NCBI GenBank assembly: GCA_963666975.2
Contig: CAXVYR010000003.1
Coordinates: forward strand, 416,001-480,000
Direction of reading: 5' to 3'
Length of the DNA: 64,000 nucleotides
Origin: Terriglobia bacterium
GTDB taxonomy: Bacteria > Acidobacteriota > Terriglobia > 2-12-FULL-54-10
The notes beneath the pieces were generated by a model that was not told the origin of the DNA, searched no databases, and was given only the letters and a program-made list of their open reading frames with translations. This document shows, piece by piece, positions 61,038 to 64,000 of this stretch. The position numbers and the translations under genes are program-made. Positions within the stretch are counted from its first letter, which is position 1. Every line of letters begins with the position of its first letter.

Positions 61038-63455
61038 ATGCGCCAGCCAGAAATAGAAGCCGAAGCGAAACAACCTGTTGACCTCAAAGAAGTGTCTATC
61101 CTGCCGGTTCGCGATACGGTTTTGTTTCCCCACGCCGTGTTACCGCTCACCATAGGCCGGGAAAGCTCCATCGCTCTGATCCAATCGCTCGGCGAGGAGA
61201 AAATAATTGCGGTTGCAGCTCAGCAGGACCCTCATACAGATACTCCCCAGCCGGGTGATCTGCACGAAGTAGGAACATTAGCTCTGGTTCATAAAGTGAT
61301 CCGAATGCCGAACCAGACCTTGTTCATTTTCGTGGAGGGGCTCGAACGCATCCGCATCCAGAACTACACCCACAAAACACCTTTCCTCAAGGGTCAGGTT
61401 GAGAGGTTGCTGGAAACCGAAATAGAAAAAAAGTCGGATGAGGGGGCGCTCCATCGCAATGTAGTGGCTCTTTTCCAGCAGCTGGTGGCCGTTTCACCGG
61501 GGCTTTCCGACGAGTTGCAGACGATTGTGCTGAATATCGAAGAACCCGGAAGGCTGTCGGACTTTGCCGCGGGTTCATTAGGTTTTCTGACGACACCACA
61601 GCGGCAAGAACTGCTGGAAACATTGCATATTGGCGAGCGTCTCAATTTAGTGAATGGCTACATCAAGCGGGAACTGGAGCTTCACGACCTGCGCACGAGA
61701 ATCCAGTCGCAGGTGCAGGACCAGCTTTCGCAAGAGCAGAAGGAGTTTTATCTTCGGGAACAGATCAAAGTCATCCAGAAGGAATTGGGCGACGGCGAAG
61801 AAGGGCCGCGCGAGATTGAGGATCTGAAGAAAAAGATTGCCGAAGCGAAGATGCCGGAAGAAGTGGAGAAAGAAGCCCGGAAAGAGTTGAAGCGTTTCTC
61901 CGGAATGTCCCCCACCGCGCCCGAACACACCATCATCCGGACCTATCTGGATTGGATGGTGTCGATGCCGTGGAACCGGTCGAGTAAGCAGCAGATCAAC
62001 ATCTCCAAGGCTCAGGAGATTCTGGACGAAGACCATTACGATTTGGAAAAAGTCAAAGAGAGAATCCTGGAATATTTGTCTGTCCTGCAGCTCAAGCCTG
62101 GTATGAAGGGACCCATCCTTTGTTTTGTCGGGCCGCCGGGAGTAGGCAAAACCTCGCTCGGCAAGTCGATTGCCCGTGCCCTAGGCCGCAAATTCATCCG
62201 GCTTTCCCTCGGCGGCGTCCACGATGAGGCGGAGATTCGCGGTCATCGCCGCACATACATCGCCGCCATGCCGGGACAGATCCTGCAGGGCATCCGGCGG
62301 GCCGGGAGCAACGATCCGGTCTTCATGCTGGACGAGGTGGACAAAATCGGCCGGGACTTCCGCGGCGACCCGGCTTCAGCGCTATTGGAAGCGCTGGATC
62401 CGGAACAGAATTCCACCTTCCGCGACAACTACCTGGATGTGCCGTTTGATCTTTCCAAGGTCCTCTTCATTACTACGGCCAATGTGCTCGACCCCATCCC
62501 GGACGCCCTTCGCGACCGCATGGAGATGCTGGAGCTTCCTGGCTATACGGAAGATGAAAAAATCCAGATTGCCGTTCGCCACGTAATACCGCGCCAGGCT
62601 GAAGAGCACGGTATCCTGCTCGAGGAAAACATCCAGTTTACGGAGGTCGCTCTCCGGGAGTTGATCCGCAACTACACACGCGAAGCGGGACTCCGCAACA
62701 TGGAGCGCAACATCGCCGCGCTTTGCCGCAAGCAGGCACGGCGCATCGCCGAAGGAGGCGGGCAACTGCTGGTGGTGGACACGGACGGAATCCGGCATCA
62801 TCTGGGCGCTCCCAAAACGCCGCCGGAGAGTGAGATCGCCGAGCGCACCCAAAGGCCGGGCGTGGCGGTGGGGCTGGCATGGACTCCTACGGGGGGCGAC
62901 ATCCTGTTTATCGAAGCCAACCAGATGCCTGGCAAAAAGCAACTGATCATGACAGGACACCTGGGCCAAGTCATGCAGGAATCCATGCAGGCTGCCCTGA
63001 CTTGGGTGCGCTCACACTCCGAGCAATGGCGTCTGGGACCGGACCATTTCGACAAACGCGAAGTCCACCTGCACGTGCCCGCAGGAGCAATCCCGAAAGA
63101 CGGGCCTTCCGCCGGAGTCACCATGGCCACCGCGTTGGTTTCCATGCTGACCGGGAGACGGGTTAGGCAAAAGCTCGCCATGACGGGCGAGATCACCTTA
63201 AGCGGGATGGTGCTGCCGGTGGGCGGGATCAAAGAAAAAGTGCTCGCAGCGAAAAGGGCCGGAATCCTGGAGCTGATCCTGCCATTCCAGAACACTGTAA
63301 ACGTAGAGGAAGATATCAAGAAGGAGCAACTGGAAGGACTGACTCTCCACTACGTGAAAACGATGGAGGAGGCGATCCGCCTGGCTCTGGAGCCTTCGAA
63401 ACCACCGGCGCCCGCAACCGCGTCTTCCATGCCCTTTCTGGTCCGGGCAAATTAA
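61038..63455 (+). CDS. lon: ATP-dependent Lon protease
   Basis: GPPGVGKTS, LDEVDK, PKDGPSAG, VGGIKEK. Confidence 0.97.
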   Translation: MRQPEIEAEAKQPVDLKEVSILPVRDTVLFPHAVLPLTIGRESSIALIQSLGEEKIIAVAAQQDPHTDTPQPGDLHEVGTLALVHKVIRMPNQTLFIFVEGLERIRIQNYTHKTPFLKGQVERLLETEIEKKSDEGALHRNVVALFQQLVAVSPGLSDELQTIVLNIEEPGRLSDFAAGSLGFLTTPQRQELLETLHIGERLNLVNGYIKRELELHDLRTRIQSQVQDQLSQEQKEFYLREQIKVIQKELGDGEEGPREIEDLKKKIAEAKMPEEVEKEARKELKRFSGMSPTAPEHTIIRTYLDWMVSMPWNRSSKQQINISKAQEILDEDHYDLEKVKERILEYLSVLQLKPGMKGPILCFVGPPGVGKTSLGKSIARALGRKFIRLSLGGVHDEAEIRGHRRTYIAAMPGQILQGIRRAGSNDPVFMLDEVDKIGRDFRGDPASALLEALDPEQNSTFRDNYLDVPFDLSKVLFITTANVLDPIPDALRDRMEMLELPGYTEDEKIQIAVRHVIPRQAEEHGILLEENIQFTEVALRELIRNYTREAGLRNMERNIAALCRKQARRIAEGGGQLLVVDTDGIRHHLGAPKTPPESEIAERTQRPGVAVGLAWTPTGGDILFIEANQMPGKKQLIMTGHLGQVMQESMQAALTWVRSHSEQWRLGPDHFDKREVHLHVPAGAIPKDGPSAGVTMATALVSMLTGRRVRQKLAMTGEITLSGMVLPVGGIKEKVLAAKRAGILELILPFQNTVNVEEDIKKEQLEGLTLHYVKTMEEAIRLALEPSKPPAPATASSMPFLVRAN

Positions 63456-63662
63456 CTTTCCATTTCGCCGGAAACGTTTGGACTGGAACGCCACCGCCAC
63501 TCTGCAGATTCACTCCAATCTTTCGGTGGCCTCGCGCACTCCCATTTTATTGCCATCCACAAAAGCTTTCCTGGGATTCTTCTGCCCGGAGGAGTTCATG
63601 GTTTGACGGGAACAACAGACCGTTCTAATAATTACTTTCGGAACCACGCAAAGATAGGGATA

Positions 63663-64000
63663 ATGTTGGACTGGCGGCCATGCCGCCGGCACTCATGCAG
63701 GGAGGCGGCCATCAAAAAATTCACAACTCGGATTCGTGTGTACTGGGCTGATTGCGATTCGGCGGGCATTCTCTACTACGGCAATTTTTTTCGTTACTTT
63801 GAAATAGCAGAAGAGGAACTTTACTTCTCGCTGGGGCGCCCTCGCGTCGATATTTTTAACGGGTTGCAGGTGGGTTTTCCTCGCGTAGAGACGTGGTGCA
63901 AGTTCTTCAAGCCGGCCCGCCATGGCGATTTGATGGTAGTGACCGTGTGGATTGGGCGGCGGACGGAGAAAACGCTCCTCTTTCAATTTGAACTGCGCCG
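63663..64000 (+). CDS. Acyl-CoA thioesterase (4HBT/YbgC-like), runs off the window end
   Basis: IRVYWADCDSAGILYYGNFFRYFE...KPARHGD; start codon uncertain. Confidence 0.85.
   Translation, partial: MLDWRPCRRHSCREAAIKKFTTRIRVYWADCDSAGILYYGNFFRYFEIAEEELYFSLGRPRVDIFNGLQVGFPRVETWCKFFKPARHGDLMVVTVWIGRRTEKTLLFQFELR

Overview
Mostly housekeeping and accessory chromosomal DNA from a GC-rich bacterium, most likely Acidobacteriota (inferred from an S8 protease with a TIGR03437-like C-terminal domain, tandem DUF507 and Acidobacteria-type small proteins). It holds about 55 CDSs, including typA, ychF, fabH, truA, thiC, mutM, mqnA, pheA, lon, nuoB and a secY outside the spc operon, plus one tRNA-Sec. There is no CRISPR array, rRNA, integrase or intact transposase. 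Accessory DNA comprises a Type III R-M pair whose mod gene is frameshifted in a C6 tract encoding the DPPF motif, and a decayed islet (12.9-15.4 kb). The islet has two toxin-deleted TA modules with intact operator palindromes, flanking a broken HEPN-like gene that carries a ~68-nt IS4 transposase fragment. The most unusual signal is non-coding: ~24-nt palindromic units are nested three deep inside one another, always after GCT, and one GAGCCGCG REP core is packaged in MITE-like elements with different terminal repeats, one of which disrupted brnT with a 4-bp target duplication. Other leads are an HPF/RaiA-ECF sigma fusion, a CX8CX2C radical SAM gene coupled to mqnA, and a candidate structured leader RNA. 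Several frameshifts, notably an exact 77-bp duplication, may be assembly or sequencing errors. All family assignments are from motif recognition, not database searches.
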